Source: an uncultured Ignavibacteria bacterium (GTDB lineage Bacteria > Bacteroidota > Ignavibacteria > UBA10030 > UBA6906). From it: a stretch of DNA of 64,000 nucleotides. This document shows, piece by piece, positions 38,391-47,855 of the stretch. The notes under the pieces were generated by a model. The model was not told the origin of the DNA, made no database searches, and saw only the letters and a list, made by a program, of their open reading frames with translations. The DNA lies in assembly GCA_963780165.1 (NCBI GenBank), contig CAWABB010000001.1:1816556-1880555 (forward strand). The letters are read 5' to 3'. Position numbers and translations under genes: made by a program. Each line of letters opens with the position of its first letter. Within the stretch, counting starts at the first letter, position 1.

Positions 38391-39655
38391 TGCCATCCAT
38401 GAAGCCCCGGGCTATCAACCTGCTTCTGATGCTCGCCCTGATCGGGAGCAGCGCTAGCGCTCAGATCAAGGTCGATCCGCACTGGGTGAATGTGAACACG
38501 ACTGGCGCAACGACCGTGTTCCTTACCTTCGGAGGGGTGGTCGGGTACGTCCCCGGCGAATCAGTCTGGTGCGGGGAGATCACGAATGCCGCTCCGGATA
38601 TCGGGTCGAAGCCCGTGGCCGGGACGATCTTCGGCGTGTTGCCCGCGAGATTCAACCTCTCGACATCGAGCGGCACCACCGGGTTCACCGACATCATGTC
38701 CATTCCTCCTTCGGTCTCCAGACGGGCCTACCAGGCGGCGGCCGCCGGTGAGACCTCGACCTTCTTTTATGTTCGACGGTTCATCAGCACAACGGGCGGG
38801 CCGGACGAGTACGTTGCCGTGACGTGCGAGCTCGGCAGCGGCGGTGCGCGCACGCCGTTCGCGCTGACGAACGTGGAGCTGGCGTTCGAGAATCGTGACG
38901 TCGTCGCGTCGATCAACGAAGGCGATCCGTCCCCTCCACTTTTCGCGTCGATTTCATACAACGGCACCGGCCAGCTGCAGGGGCGATGGGAGATCGTCAG
39001 GCCGGGTGACGAGCTGCCGACAGAACTGGACCTCCTGACGCAAGCGACCCTCCCGATTGAGCAGCGGTCACAGCAGCGGCGGTATACAGAGTTGGAGCGT
39101 TTCAGCGTCTTCCTTCCCCCCACCGGAAGCTTCACCCTGCGAGGCCCCGACCCATCGAAACTCCCATCTAACGTCCGGGGGCTCTATATGATCCTTCTCC
39201 GGATCGAGTCTACTCCGGACATCGAGTCAACGTCGAATCTTGACGCTGTGGGTGCAGGCCCGGCGCCCGTGGATGCAGGGGGCACTGCAGGTTTCCCCAT
39301 CCCACCGCTCCGGTACTTTGTGGGAAAGACGCCCTCCCTGGGCGAGAATGCCGTCTCCCTTCTTGCGCCAAGAGACATGGCGGTCGCCACGCCGGAATCG
39401 CCTTTATCTTTCGCCTGGACGGACATCCCGAAGGGGTCGCTCTACCGAGTGGTCGTGATTGACCCCACGAACACTGTTGTGTTGACGGCATTGCTCCGAC
39501 CCGGGGTTGGAACATACAGTCTGCCGCCGTGGATCTGGACGAAGCAGGACGCAAAGAGCGTCTTCTGGAGTGTCGAAGCTCTCGACGAGAATGGTGATCT
39601 CCTGGTCAAAAGCGAGTGGCGAACGCTCGTGCGCGGGAGCGACGGACAGCCGTGA
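38390..39655 (+). CDS. Secreted hypothetical protein (421 aa).
   Basis: Signal peptide (LLLMLALIGSSASAQ), no recognizable domain. Its start overlaps the OMP stop. Confidence 0.5.
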   Translation: MPSMKPRAINLLLMLALIGSSASAQIKVDPHWVNVNTTGATTVFLTFGGVVGYVPGESVWCGEITNAAPDIGSKPVAGTIFGVLPARFNLSTSSGTTGFTDIMSIPPSVSRRAYQAAAAGETSTFFYVRRFISTTGGPDEYVAVTCELGSGGARTPFALTNVELAFENRDVVASINEGDPSPPLFASISYNGTGQLQGRWEIVRPGDELPTELDLLTQATLPIEQRSQQRRYTELERFSVFLPPTGSFTLRGPDPSKLPSNVRGLYMILLRIESTPDIESTSNLDAVGAGPAPVDAGGTAGFPIPPLRYFVGKTPSLGENAVSLLAPRDMAVATPESPLSFAWTDIPKGSLYRVVVIDPTNTVVLTALLRPGVGTYSLPPWIWTKQDAKSVFWSVEALDENGDLLVKSEWRTLVRGSDGQP

Positions 39656-39777
39656 TTCGCTCCCGACACATCTTTGGTGCGTGGACGGTGGCCAGGGGAC
39701 CTTGAAGATCGCCATCCCTGAAGGAATCGTTGGTTCAACAGCAGCATTTCATTCATCAACATCACGGAGCTACAACA

Positions 39778-40938
39778 ATGAGAACCGCAATGCGTTGGTT
39801 TGTGCTGGGCGTCCTGTTCGCCTCCATGGCGCAGGCCGCACTTGCCGGCACGGTCATCGGGAAGGTCGGCAGAACGTGCTTTCCCACGACCTACAGCCCT
39901 CCGGGGTTCAACCTCGACGTGTACGGAAACTGGATCGAGAATATCGACAGGGTCACGGCCCCGGCGGGGGTCACGGTGAGCATCGTTGCCAAGAGGAATG
40001 GGGCCCAGAATAACACGGGACCCTATGCGGGGAAGGGAGACGTCACCCTTCGCATCGGCACAAGCAATGCGACCCCTGGCGAGAAGACCATCAATTTGAT
40101 TAACGACCCCGACCTTGGCCTCGGTGGTGAAACGTTTTCATTCACCATCACCGTTCTGGCCGCACCAACGGTGACAAGCGTTGATGTGCCTTCGCCCGCG
40201 GAACCCTTCAATGAGATCGTGGTAACGCTTACGGGCACGGGACTGCAGGGAGCAGTCGACCCGGCAGTCGGAGCCATCGTGGTGGACAACCTCGTGCCGT
40301 TGATTACCCTGGGCGGGAATGCGACCGTGACCAGTGTCAGAGTGTTGAGCTCGTCGGCCACGTCGCTCCAGGCACGAATATTCTTCAGCGCGAAGATCCA
40401 GGACGTGACCGTCGCTCTGACATTCAAGAGCAACACAACGTGCAGCCCCCTAGGCAAGGATATTTCGCCCTCGGGATTCACAAAGCAGGTGCGCACGAAA
40501 TGCACGAACGTCAAGAACTACGTCAGGTCGATCACCTTTCCGACCGGGAGCACGATTGACAAGAACAGCACCGCGACCATCAATGTGAATCTGCTCTTTC
40601 GCGCGCCATCGACCACGTTGACCACCGGGATCACGGTGGGTAAGACGGGGTCCACCTCGACAACCAGCAATAGGCGGGTATTCTTCAAGTTCCAGCCTGA
40701 TAATGCGATCAGTCGCCCTGACGGGACGGCCTTTCCTAAAGACAGTCAAGGCTTAAGCTTCGTGGACGCCAATCCAGGAGACGACCTGGTCCCAATTGGG
40801 ATCAAAGTCGTGAATTGCGGGGGCGGGCAACCCGGCACGTCGAATGCGGTGTCAATTCAGACCTGGATGCAGAACCCGCTCACGAACCTTCCACCGGAGT
40901 TCATCGAGCAGCGGTTCTTTGCTCGTTGCACCCAGTAA
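39778..40938 (+). CDS. Secreted hypothetical protein with Ig-like repeats (about 385 aa).
   Basis: Signal peptide (MRWFVLGVLFASMAQAALAG). T/S/V-rich beta-sandwich-like segments. Confidence 0.5.
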   Translation: MRTAMRWFVLGVLFASMAQAALAGTVIGKVGRTCFPTTYSPPGFNLDVYGNWIENIDRVTAPAGVTVSIVAKRNGAQNNTGPYAGKGDVTLRIGTSNATPGEKTINLINDPDLGLGGETFSFTITVLAAPTVTSVDVPSPAEPFNEIVVTLTGTGLQGAVDPAVGAIVVDNLVPLITLGGNATVTSVRVLSSSATSLQARIFFSAKIQDVTVALTFKSNTTCSPLGKDISPSGFTKQVRTKCTNVKNYVRSITFPTGSTIDKNSTATINVNLLFRAPSTTLTTGITVGKTGSTSTTSNRRVFFKFQPDNAISRPDGTAFPKDSQGLSFVDANPGDDLVPIGIKVVNCGGGQPGTSNAVSIQTWMQNPLTNLPPEFIEQRFFARCTQ

Positions 40939-41247
40939 CGCAGGACATCTTCAGGCATGGCCGGGCGCTCGCGAGCGCCCGGCCATGTTCCTATCGAGCA
41001 CGTCTCCACCCAGCAGCACAGTCCCCCCACCTCAGATTTCCTCTCCCTGTCCTTCCGTTGAGGGTTGACGAGAAGGACCTTATTCAAGGAGGCGATTGGG
41101 TTTCTTATCCAGGTTGTGTTTGGCACGAACCGCCCTTGACCGCGGGGGCATTGTCAATCGGGGCGCCGGGTTGCGCCAGCGTCCGCGCTGGATGCCGGTG
41201 CCGTTCTCGTTGCATTTCAGGGAAGATCTGGGTATTTTGGATCGATA

Positions 41248-41321
41248 CGGAACGTAGCGCAGCCCGGTAGCGCACCTGAATGGGGTTCAGGGGGTCGTGG
41301 GTTCAAATCCCACCGTTCCGA
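41248..41321 (+). tRNA. tRNA-Pro (anticodon GGG).
   Basis: Perfect cloverleaf: acceptor CGGAACG/CGTTCCG, D-arm GCGC-AGCCCGGTA-GCGC, anticodon arm CCTGA-AUGGGGU-TCAGG, T-arm GTGGG-TTCAAAT-CCCAC, discriminator A. Confidence 0.85.
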
Positions 41322-41360
41322 CTGATTCCACAGATGGTTCTTTGCACGTTGCCTTCCCGG

Positions 41361-41396
41361 CCCCGTGAGTCAACTACTCACGGGGCCTTTTCATTG
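41361..41396 (+). terminator. Rho-independent terminator after tRNA-Pro.
   Basis: CCCCGTGAG-tcaacta-CTCACGGGG forms a 9-bp stem, followed by CCTTTTCATT. Confidence 0.75.
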
Positions 41397-41825
41397 GTCT
41401 CGATATCGCGTATGCTTCTCCATCGTGAGATGTCCCGGGAAGTGAGGTAGACAGAGGACTTTGGCCGGCGCGTCCCTGCGACAGCGCACTACGGCATTCA
41501 TACCGTTCGTGCGACGGAGAATTTCCCCATCACCGGCATCCCCATCGCCCACTACCCATCCCTCCTGGTTGGGCTCGCATGTCTGAAGAGCGCCGCCGCT
41601 GTCGCACATGCCGAACCGGGATTCCTTAACTCAAAGCCTCGGACGCAATCCGGTGCGCCTGCAGGGAGATCATTGCAAGAAAACTCCATGATCAGTTCGT
41701 CGTTGACGTCATTCATGGGGGGCGGGCACATCCACGAACATGAACGCCAGCAGGGTGGCAAAATCAGAAGAATCTTGGTATCATAGCCTTCAATCTTCTG
41801 TCAGCCATCGCCTGGAAGGGGTTCA

Positions 41826-42956
41826 ATGAACAAGCGCGAATTTCTCCGCACACTCGGGCTCGCGGGCCTCGGACTCGCCGCACGGCCCCTGCTTCACTCA
41901 CGTGTGCCGTTCCGCGCTATCACGCCGGAGTTCGGTCCCAAACACTGGGCCTGGCTCGCAACAGACCTCTCATCGTCCCCCGATGACATGAAACGGCAGT
42001 GTGCCCTCATGCGCACGTCGGGAATCGATGCAATCCTTCCGGAAATCTACGACGCTCAGCACGCATACTACAACAGCAAGCATCTTCCTGTTGAAGAAGC
42101 GTGGCTGGAAAAGCTCCTGCCCATCGCCAGGGCCGAAGGACTCGAAGTACACGGCTGGATGTGGTCGATGCCGTGCAACATCGAAGACGTGCGAAAGCAA
42201 CACCCGGAATGGTTTGCCGTGAACCGGAAGGGTGAATCGGCCGCAGAGAAGCCGGCATACGTGGATTACTACAAATTCCTCTGCCCCTCCCATGCGGGGG
42301 TCCATGAATTTCTGGCCGCAACCGTCACCGAGTTGTGCCAGTACGAAAACCTTCGCGGGGTCCATCTCGACTACATCCGCTATCCTGACGTGATCCTCCC
42401 CAAGGCTCTTCAGCCCAAGTACGGCCTTACACAGGATCGTGAATATCCCGAGTTCGACTACTGCTACTGCGATGCCTGCCGTCACGATTTCAAGCAGCAA
42501 ACGGGCATCGACCCGATGACGCTCGAGGATCCCACCTCGAACACTGTGTGGAGGCAGTTCCGCTACGACCGGATCACGCATCTGGTCAACGATACGCTGA
42601 TTCCCATCGCCCGGGCCCACGGAAAGAGCATCACCGCGGCGGTCTTCCCCGGCTGGGACATGGTGCGCCAACAGTGGCCGGCGTGGAAACTCGACGCTGT
42701 CATGCCGATGCTCTACCACACGCTCTACAAGAAGGGCCCCGAATGGATTAAGGAGGAGACGGAGAAAGGCGTGAAATCTCTGCAGGGCCGTGCGCCGCTG
42801 TACAGCGGCATCCTGATCTTCCACCTCGATGAAAAGGAATTCGCCCGGGCAGTCGAGGCCTGCATCGAGGGGGGCGCAAACGGTGTTGTACTGTTTGAGG
42901 GCGGTGCGATGTCGAAAGCCCAGTGGGACATTTTTCGCTCCGTGGTCGGGCGTTGA
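41826..42956 (+). CDS. Tat-secreted glycoside hydrolase-like family 10 (GHL10/DUF187) protein.
   Basis: Twin-arginine signal (KREFLRTLGLAGLGLAA). TIM-barrel-like GHL10 pattern including a Cys cluster (YCYCDACRHDF). Confidence 0.55.
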   Translation: MNKREFLRTLGLAGLGLAARPLLHSRVPFRAITPEFGPKHWAWLATDLSSSPDDMKRQCALMRTSGIDAILPEIYDAQHAYYNSKHLPVEEAWLEKLLPIARAEGLEVHGWMWSMPCNIEDVRKQHPEWFAVNRKGESAAEKPAYVDYYKFLCPSHAGVHEFLAATVTELCQYENLRGVHLDYIRYPDVILPKALQPKYGLTQDREYPEFDYCYCDACRHDFKQQTGIDPMTLEDPTSNTVWRQFRYDRITHLVNDTLIPIARAHGKSITAAVFPGWDMVRQQWPAWKLDAVMPMLYHTLYKKGPEWIKEETEKGVKSLQGRAPLYSGILIFHLDEKEFARAVEACIEGGANGVVLFEGGAMSKAQWDIFRSVVGR

Positions 42957-43010
42957 TGCTCGCGTTCGCACCGAGCCGGAGCACCGCCTTCTCCGCGGCA
43001 CCCCACACCA

Positions 43011-43922
43011 TCAGCGCACCAGCTCGCCCCCGGAGTCGACATTCTTCTGCGTGTAGACGCGCGAAGGGAGCACGACCTCCTTCGGGACAGTCTTCCCGTT
43101 CAGGATTTCAAAGGCGATCCTGATCGCCTCCGCACCTCCCGTCGGATATTCGAACGACGCGGCGAGAATCCCCTGGCGCACATACATCTGTCCCTCGTGC
43201 GGAAGTGCATCGACGCCGACAAACAGGATCGATGTCTCCCGCCCGGCGGCCTTCGCGGCGACCCACGCCCCGTGGGCCCCGGGATCGTTGTGCGCATAGA
43301 CGAGGTCAATCTTCCCGAACCGGGTCAGAGCGGACTCCATTTCTTTCCGTGCATTCGGCTCGAGCCACTTCATGTCCGCTTCGAAGACCATCTTCAGCTC
43401 CGACCCCTCAATGCCTTCGCGGAATCCGCGATGGCGGTCCTGCCCTGGCGTGGAGGTCATCAGCCCTTTCAGTTCTACAAGATTCCCCTTTCCTCCCAGC
43501 GTCGCAGCGATCCACCGACCCGCCGCGCGGCCGATCTTGCGGTTGTCGGCGCCGATGAAGCACGTGTACTGATCCCCGAGAACCCGTCGATCAAGGACGA
43601 TCACGGGGATTCCCTTCTTGTATGCTTCCTGGACGGGTCTCGTGAGCGGGGCCGCCTCTTTCGGCGACACAATGATCAGGTTCACGCCTGCACGCACAAA
43701 CTCATCGATGTGCGCACTCTGCCGCAGCGCGTCGTTCTGCGCATCTTTGAACACCAACCGGAATTCTGGATGCGTCTCCGCCGCCTGTTTGACGTCCGCG
43801 TTCATCTGCACGCGCCACGGCTCGCCGAGATTGCACTGGCTCATACCGATGGTCCAGCGGGTCACCTGCGAGGAGGATTGCCCCGTGAGAAAGGCAACGA
43901 AGAAGAGAGCGAAGGGGGCCAT
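43011..43922 (-). CDS. Sugar ABC transporter periplasmic substrate-binding protein (RbsB/LacI-type fold).
   Basis: Signal peptide and a Peripla_BP_1-like sequence (...GVNLIIVSP...IPVIVLDR...YAHNDPGAHGA...). Confidence 0.75.
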   Translation of the reverse strand: MAPFALFFVAFLTGQSSSQVTRWTIGMSQCNLGEPWRVQMNADVKQAAETHPEFRLVFKDAQNDALRQSAHIDEFVRAGVNLIIVSPKEAAPLTRPVQEAYKKGIPVIVLDRRVLGDQYTCFIGADNRKIGRAAGRWIAATLGGKGNLVELKGLMTSTPGQDRHRGFREGIEGSELKMVFEADMKWLEPNARKEMESALTRFGKIDLVYAHNDPGAHGAWVAAKAAGRETSILFVGVDALPHEGQMYVRQGILAASFEYPTGGAEAIRIAFEILNGKTVPKEVVLPSRVYTQKNVDSGGELVR

Positions 43923-44025
43923 ACGACAGATGTCGGAGAGAGACGTCAAGGGAGGTACCGTTCGCATGGCGTGCGATCCTTCTGCTGTCATCGGCTGTTG
44001 TGAGTGCGGGGCGAGTGTGGCCCTG

Positions 44026-45060
44026 CTACGTTCCGGCTCGTGCGCGCTGTGCAAGCACGGCGATCACAATCACGAGCCCCGTGAGCATCAACCGCGTCTC
44101 TTCCCCCACCGCGTTAATGCTGAGAATTTTCTCGAGATACCCGATCGTGAGGATGCCAAATGCCGTTCGCCCGATGGATCCTTCCCCGCCGCGCAGGCTC
44201 GTCCCTCCGATCACCACCATCGCGATCGCGGTGAGTTCGTACGTCGCGCCCGTCTCCGGGTCGCCCTGCTGCTCCTGCGCCGCCTGGCACATGCCGCCGA
44301 CGGCACAGAGCAGCCCGCTGAGGGAGTACGCGAGCACTTTCACGGGTCTGACGCGAATGCCGGAGAGCCTGGCCGCCTCTTCATTTCCACCGATCGCGTA
44401 CAGGGCGCGACCGGTCGAGGTGTGCGCAAGCAGGACCCAGCAGACCGCAAGACAGCAGATCATGACGATGGTGACGACCGCGAGGTTGTCGCCGAGGGTC
44501 TTTGCGTTCAGCGCCTCGAACACCTGAGGGACATCGACGTACCTGAAGGTGCCGTCGGGTTCCTGCACTGCCGTGGAGATTTTCTCACCGCCCGATATGA
44601 GCTTCGCCACGCCCCGGGCGAAAACCATCATCGCCAATGTCGCAACGAACGGCTGCATGGTGAACCGCGCGATCAGTCCGCCCGACATGGCGCCGCAGAT
44701 CATGCCGGCAAACGCCGTGACCACGATGGCCGGTGCCGATCCCCATCCCATCCCGATCGTGAGGATGGAAAACACCACCGCGCAAAGCGCCAGGATGCTG
44801 CCCACTGCAAGGTCGATCCCGCCGCTCACAATCACGATCGTCGCACCGCAGGCCAGTATGCCGAATACCGACATCTGACGCAGCATGTCCCGGTGGGTCT
44901 CCCATTGGAAGAATGCGCCTTCTCCGTTGAAGATGGCACCCAGGACCACCACGACAACCAGCGATACTGCCGCCGTAATGAAGAGATGCGGCCGGTGACG
45001 GATGCCGGTTACCACGTCAGGCTCCGTGGCTACAGAAGTCAACCTTACGCCTTCGGGCAT
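44026..45060 (-). CDS. Sugar ABC transporter permease (RbsC-like, BPD_transp_2).
   Basis: 8-10 TM helices with a typical ribose/xylose-type permease pattern. No ATPase gene is adjacent. Confidence 0.75.
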   Translation of the reverse strand: MPEGVRLTSVATEPDVVTGIRHRPHLFITAAVSLVVVVVLGAIFNGEGAFFQWETHRDMLRQMSVFGILACGATIVIVSGGIDLAVGSILALCAVVFSILTIGMGWGSAPAIVVTAFAGMICGAMSGGLIARFTMQPFVATLAMMVFARGVAKLISGGEKISTAVQEPDGTFRYVDVPQVFEALNAKTLGDNLAVVTIVMICCLAVCWVLLAHTSTGRALYAIGGNEEAARLSGIRVRPVKVLAYSLSGLLCAVGGMCQAAQEQQGDPETGATYELTAIAMVVIGGTSLRGGEGSIGRTAFGILTIGYLEKILSINAVGEETRLMLTGLVIVIAVLAQRARAGT

Positions 45061-45262
45061 GCATTACGGCGGCCTTCATCAGTTCCTCGTCAGGGAAGAG
45101 GGGGGTCAGGTGCGCGAAAAATACCTCATTCCGAGCGCAAGTTCAACGCACCGGGCGGAGCCCTCCATCGCTTGACACCCGGGCTTTACGGTGCTACATT
45201 GAGCAGTTCCGTTCACGTCAACGGCCGAACGACGTTCGAGCCTGACTGACTCACGTTCCCCC

Positions 45263-45781
45263 ATGCCCCGCAACATCGAGATCAAAGCAAAGATTGATGG
45301 AGTTGAAGCCCTGGTCCCTGCGGCGGCCGCATTGGCCGATCAGGGGCCCATCGAGATCGATCAGGACGACACCTTCTTTGCCTGTCCGAACGGAAGGTTG
45401 AAGCTGAGGCAGCTGTCCCCGCAGGAGGGCGAGCTTATTTTCTATCTGCGGCCGGATGACGCGGGGCCGACGGAATCGTTTTACATTATTGCACGGACAT
45501 CGACACCCTCCGCAATGCGTGAAACGCTATCGCACGCCTATGGTGTTGTCGGGCGGGTCAGGAAACGCCGCACGCTTTTTCTTGCAGGCAGGACGCGGAT
45601 ACATCTTGACCGTGTCGAGGAGCTTGGAGACTTCCTCGAGCTGGAAGTGGTTCTCACAGAGAACGAATCTCCACAATCGGGCCTCGATGAAGCGGACCGG
45701 CTGCTCGCATCGCTCGGGATTCTTCCTTCGCAGATGCAGGCGCGGGCCTATGTTGACCTCCTGGCGCGCGCGTGGCGCTGA
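45263..45781 (+). CDS. CYTH-domain protein (CyaB-like class IV adenylate cyclase / triphosphate tunnel metalloenzyme).
   Basis: N-terminal EIEIKAKI (the ExExK motif) and the expected size of about 170 aa. Confidence 0.7.
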   Translation: MPRNIEIKAKIDGVEALVPAAAALADQGPIEIDQDDTFFACPNGRLKLRQLSPQEGELIFYLRPDDAGPTESFYIIARTSTPSAMRETLSHAYGVVGRVRKRRTLFLAGRTRIHLDRVEELGDFLELEVVLTENESPQSGLDEADRLLASLGILPSQMQARAYVDLLARAWR

Positions 45782-45829
45782 CCGCGCTATCGCCGCCCAC
45801 TCTCGAACCGTAGTAGGGGACCAGGAACG

Positions 45830-46351
45830 ATGGATACTGCCACAAAAGAGATCATCTGGAGACAGTTCGGCGCGGCGATCGACATGCTCGAGAACGCCAT
45901 GCGGGCGTGCCCCGAGGACCTGTGGTACGATCGCTCGCGAACCCCGGAATTCTGGTACGTCGCGTTTCACACGCTCTTCTTCATTGATCTCTACCTCTCT
46001 GACACTGACGCAGGGTTTACGCCACCTTCCCCGTTTACGCTGGACGAAATGGATCCGGCGGGAATCATGCCCGAGCGCCCGCACACACAAGAGGAACTGT
46101 TTGCCTACCTTGACCACGCCCGGGGCAAGTGCAGGCGAACCATGGCGGCTCTCACCCCGGAAAAGGCCGGCCAGAGGTGCGGCTTCCACTGGCTCGACCT
46201 CAGCGTCGGGGAGTTGCTGCTCTATAATATGCGTCATGTCCAGCACCACGCGGGCCAGCTGAACATGTTGCTCCGGCAGGCAACAGACTCGGCGCCAAGG
46301 TGGGTGCGCAGGGCTGCGGAGGGAATGCGCCATGGCAAAGGAACTCCATGA
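45830..46351 (+). CDS. DinB/YfiT-like metal-dependent hydrolase family protein.
   Basis: Four-helix-bundle DinB_2-like His pattern (H...H...HH). Assigned by pattern only. Confidence 0.5.
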   Translation: MDTATKEIIWRQFGAAIDMLENAMRACPEDLWYDRSRTPEFWYVAFHTLFFIDLYLSDTDAGFTPPSPFTLDEMDPAGIMPERPHTQEELFAYLDHARGKCRRTMAALTPEKAGQRCGFHWLDLSVGELLLYNMRHVQHHAGQLNMLLRQATDSAPRWVRRAAEGMRHGKGTP

Positions 46352-46672
46352 TGCGCGTCTTCCTCATCGGCGCCGGCGGATTTCTCGGCTCTGTCGCGCG
46401 GTATCTCCTCAGTGGGTTCGTGCAGGGCGCCGCGCCCGAGTCGCTGTATCCCTTCGGCACGCTTACCGTGAATGTTCTCGGCTCTGCGGGCATCGGTCTT
46501 CTCTGGGAACTGGCGGAACAGTACGGTGTTCTCAGCGACCTCTCTCATCGTTGAGATCGTGGATTCCGCCGAGAAGCTCGAGCGATTCCTTCAGGCGGTC
46601 GACGGGGCCATCGGCGAAGGCCTCGCGACCATCGAGAAGGCCACCGTGAGGTTCTACCGCTCGGGAACATGA
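46348..46672 (+). pseudogene. crcB: crcB/fluC fluoride channel remnant, truncated and frameshifted.
   Basis: Frame 1 reads MMRVFLIGAGGFLGSVARYLLS...FPFGTLTVNVLGSAGIGLL (CrcB TM1-TM2) and then stops at 46554. Frame 3 (46472..46672) reads ...STVFSATSLIVEIVDSAEKLERF, which resembles the CrcB TTFSTFSLE C-terminal motif. No intact CrcB of about 125 aa is present. Confidence 0.45.
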
Positions 46673-46732
46673 CGATCGGGGACCCGCGCCACTCGTGTGC
46701 GGGGCAGGCAACGTTGACGTCGGCAGGCTTTG

Positions 46733-47293
46733 TCAGCGTGCTCTCGAGTGGTACCTCGTGAGGAGAGAATCCGCGAGTCCGTCCGGACCCGTGAACACGC
46801 GGTCCCAGTAATACCTGTACAGATCCAGATCCTCGCCCATGAGAGTGACTGGGTTCTTCGCCCTGAGAATCCTCACCAGGCGAATGTTGTACTGCACGAT
46901 GGCGCCGCGGCACATCGGACACGGCTCGAGCAGGCTCACGATCGCCAGCGAATCCCTCCGCAGTTTCCAGAAGTGGTCGAACCCAACGTTCCGCAAAGCA
47001 TCTGAGATCGCATTGATTTCGGCGTGCCCGCCTGCGGCCGTGTCACGGCGGACCGTGTTGTAGCCCTTCCCGATGATGGTGTGGCCATACACGACCACCG
47101 CGGCCGAGGGAAGATCGGCGGATACCATCGCCGAATCGCCACCCGCACGCAGCACTGCCTGCACCCCGGGCTGCTCAACCCGCCCGGACAGCGGCATCCA
47201 GGGTTCAAAATAGGCGCTCAGGAGCGCAAGCACCACGAGCCCTGCCCCGCCCATCAGAGCAATCATGACAAATGATTTACCGGTGGATGACAT
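46733..47293 (-). CDS. Membrane-anchored cytidine/deoxycytidylate (CDA-fold) deaminase family protein.
   Basis: N-terminal TM. Zinc motifs HAEINAI and PCPMCRGAI. Confidence 0.8.
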   Translation of the reverse strand: MSSTGKSFVMIALMGGAGLVVLALLSAYFEPWMPLSGRVEQPGVQAVLRAGGDSAMVSADLPSAAVVVYGHTIIGKGYNTVRRDTAAGGHAEINAISDALRNVGFDHFWKLRRDSLAIVSLLEPCPMCRGAIVQYNIRLVRILRAKNPVTLMGEDLDLYRYYWDRVFTGPDGLADSLLTRYHSRAR

Positions 47294-47855
47294 GTGTGGA
47301 TTTCCCGTTCTCCTCTCGCGTCGAATCTACTCAGTCACGGGACCAAACTCAAATCCGATCTTTCGGACCCCGTTCGCACGGAGGATGCCACACCAAGTGA
47401 CGCTTGCGTGTGCCGTGGATCACCGGGTGCTGAGCCGCATGCATTCTGGGTTGTGTGATTGATTGCGTGGTACACCCATGTCATGTCGATCCGCAAAAAT
47501 TATCGAGCGTCTCCAGATGTATGATGCAGCGCACACTCGCAGCCTCGGGCGATGATTCTCCTTGCGTTGGCTGAAGTGCTTTAGTACATTTGTGCAGTTA
47601 CAGAACCGTGCTTCCTGTTGATCCCCCTCCCGTTTTTTCGACGATGCTGTCGACCGTTCTTGGCGATGTGACGCAGCTTTCCATCACCAGCGCAGCATGG
47701 TCAGGCGACTCCCCCTCGCAGACCAGCTGCAGACTCGATGATCTGGTGAGCTTTCCGATGCTTTCGAACACGACTGTTGATATCGCGGCGCGCATGCCTG
47801 GTGTGGTCGCACGTTCCCGCACGTGGCCCGAGATCGCTGTAACAAAGGAACATAC

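Noticed and set aside
26124-41321. An integrative mobile element inserted at tRNA-Pro.
   Set aside because: No integrase, excisionase or transfer gene lies within or next to the block. The repeat is a whole divergent tRNA plus promoter rather than a 3'-tRNA att fragment. It is kept only as a low-confidence duplication or acquired-region hypothesis.
43618-45249. 543-aa plus-strand ORF.
   Set aside because: It is antisense to the ABC substrate-binding protein and permease genes.
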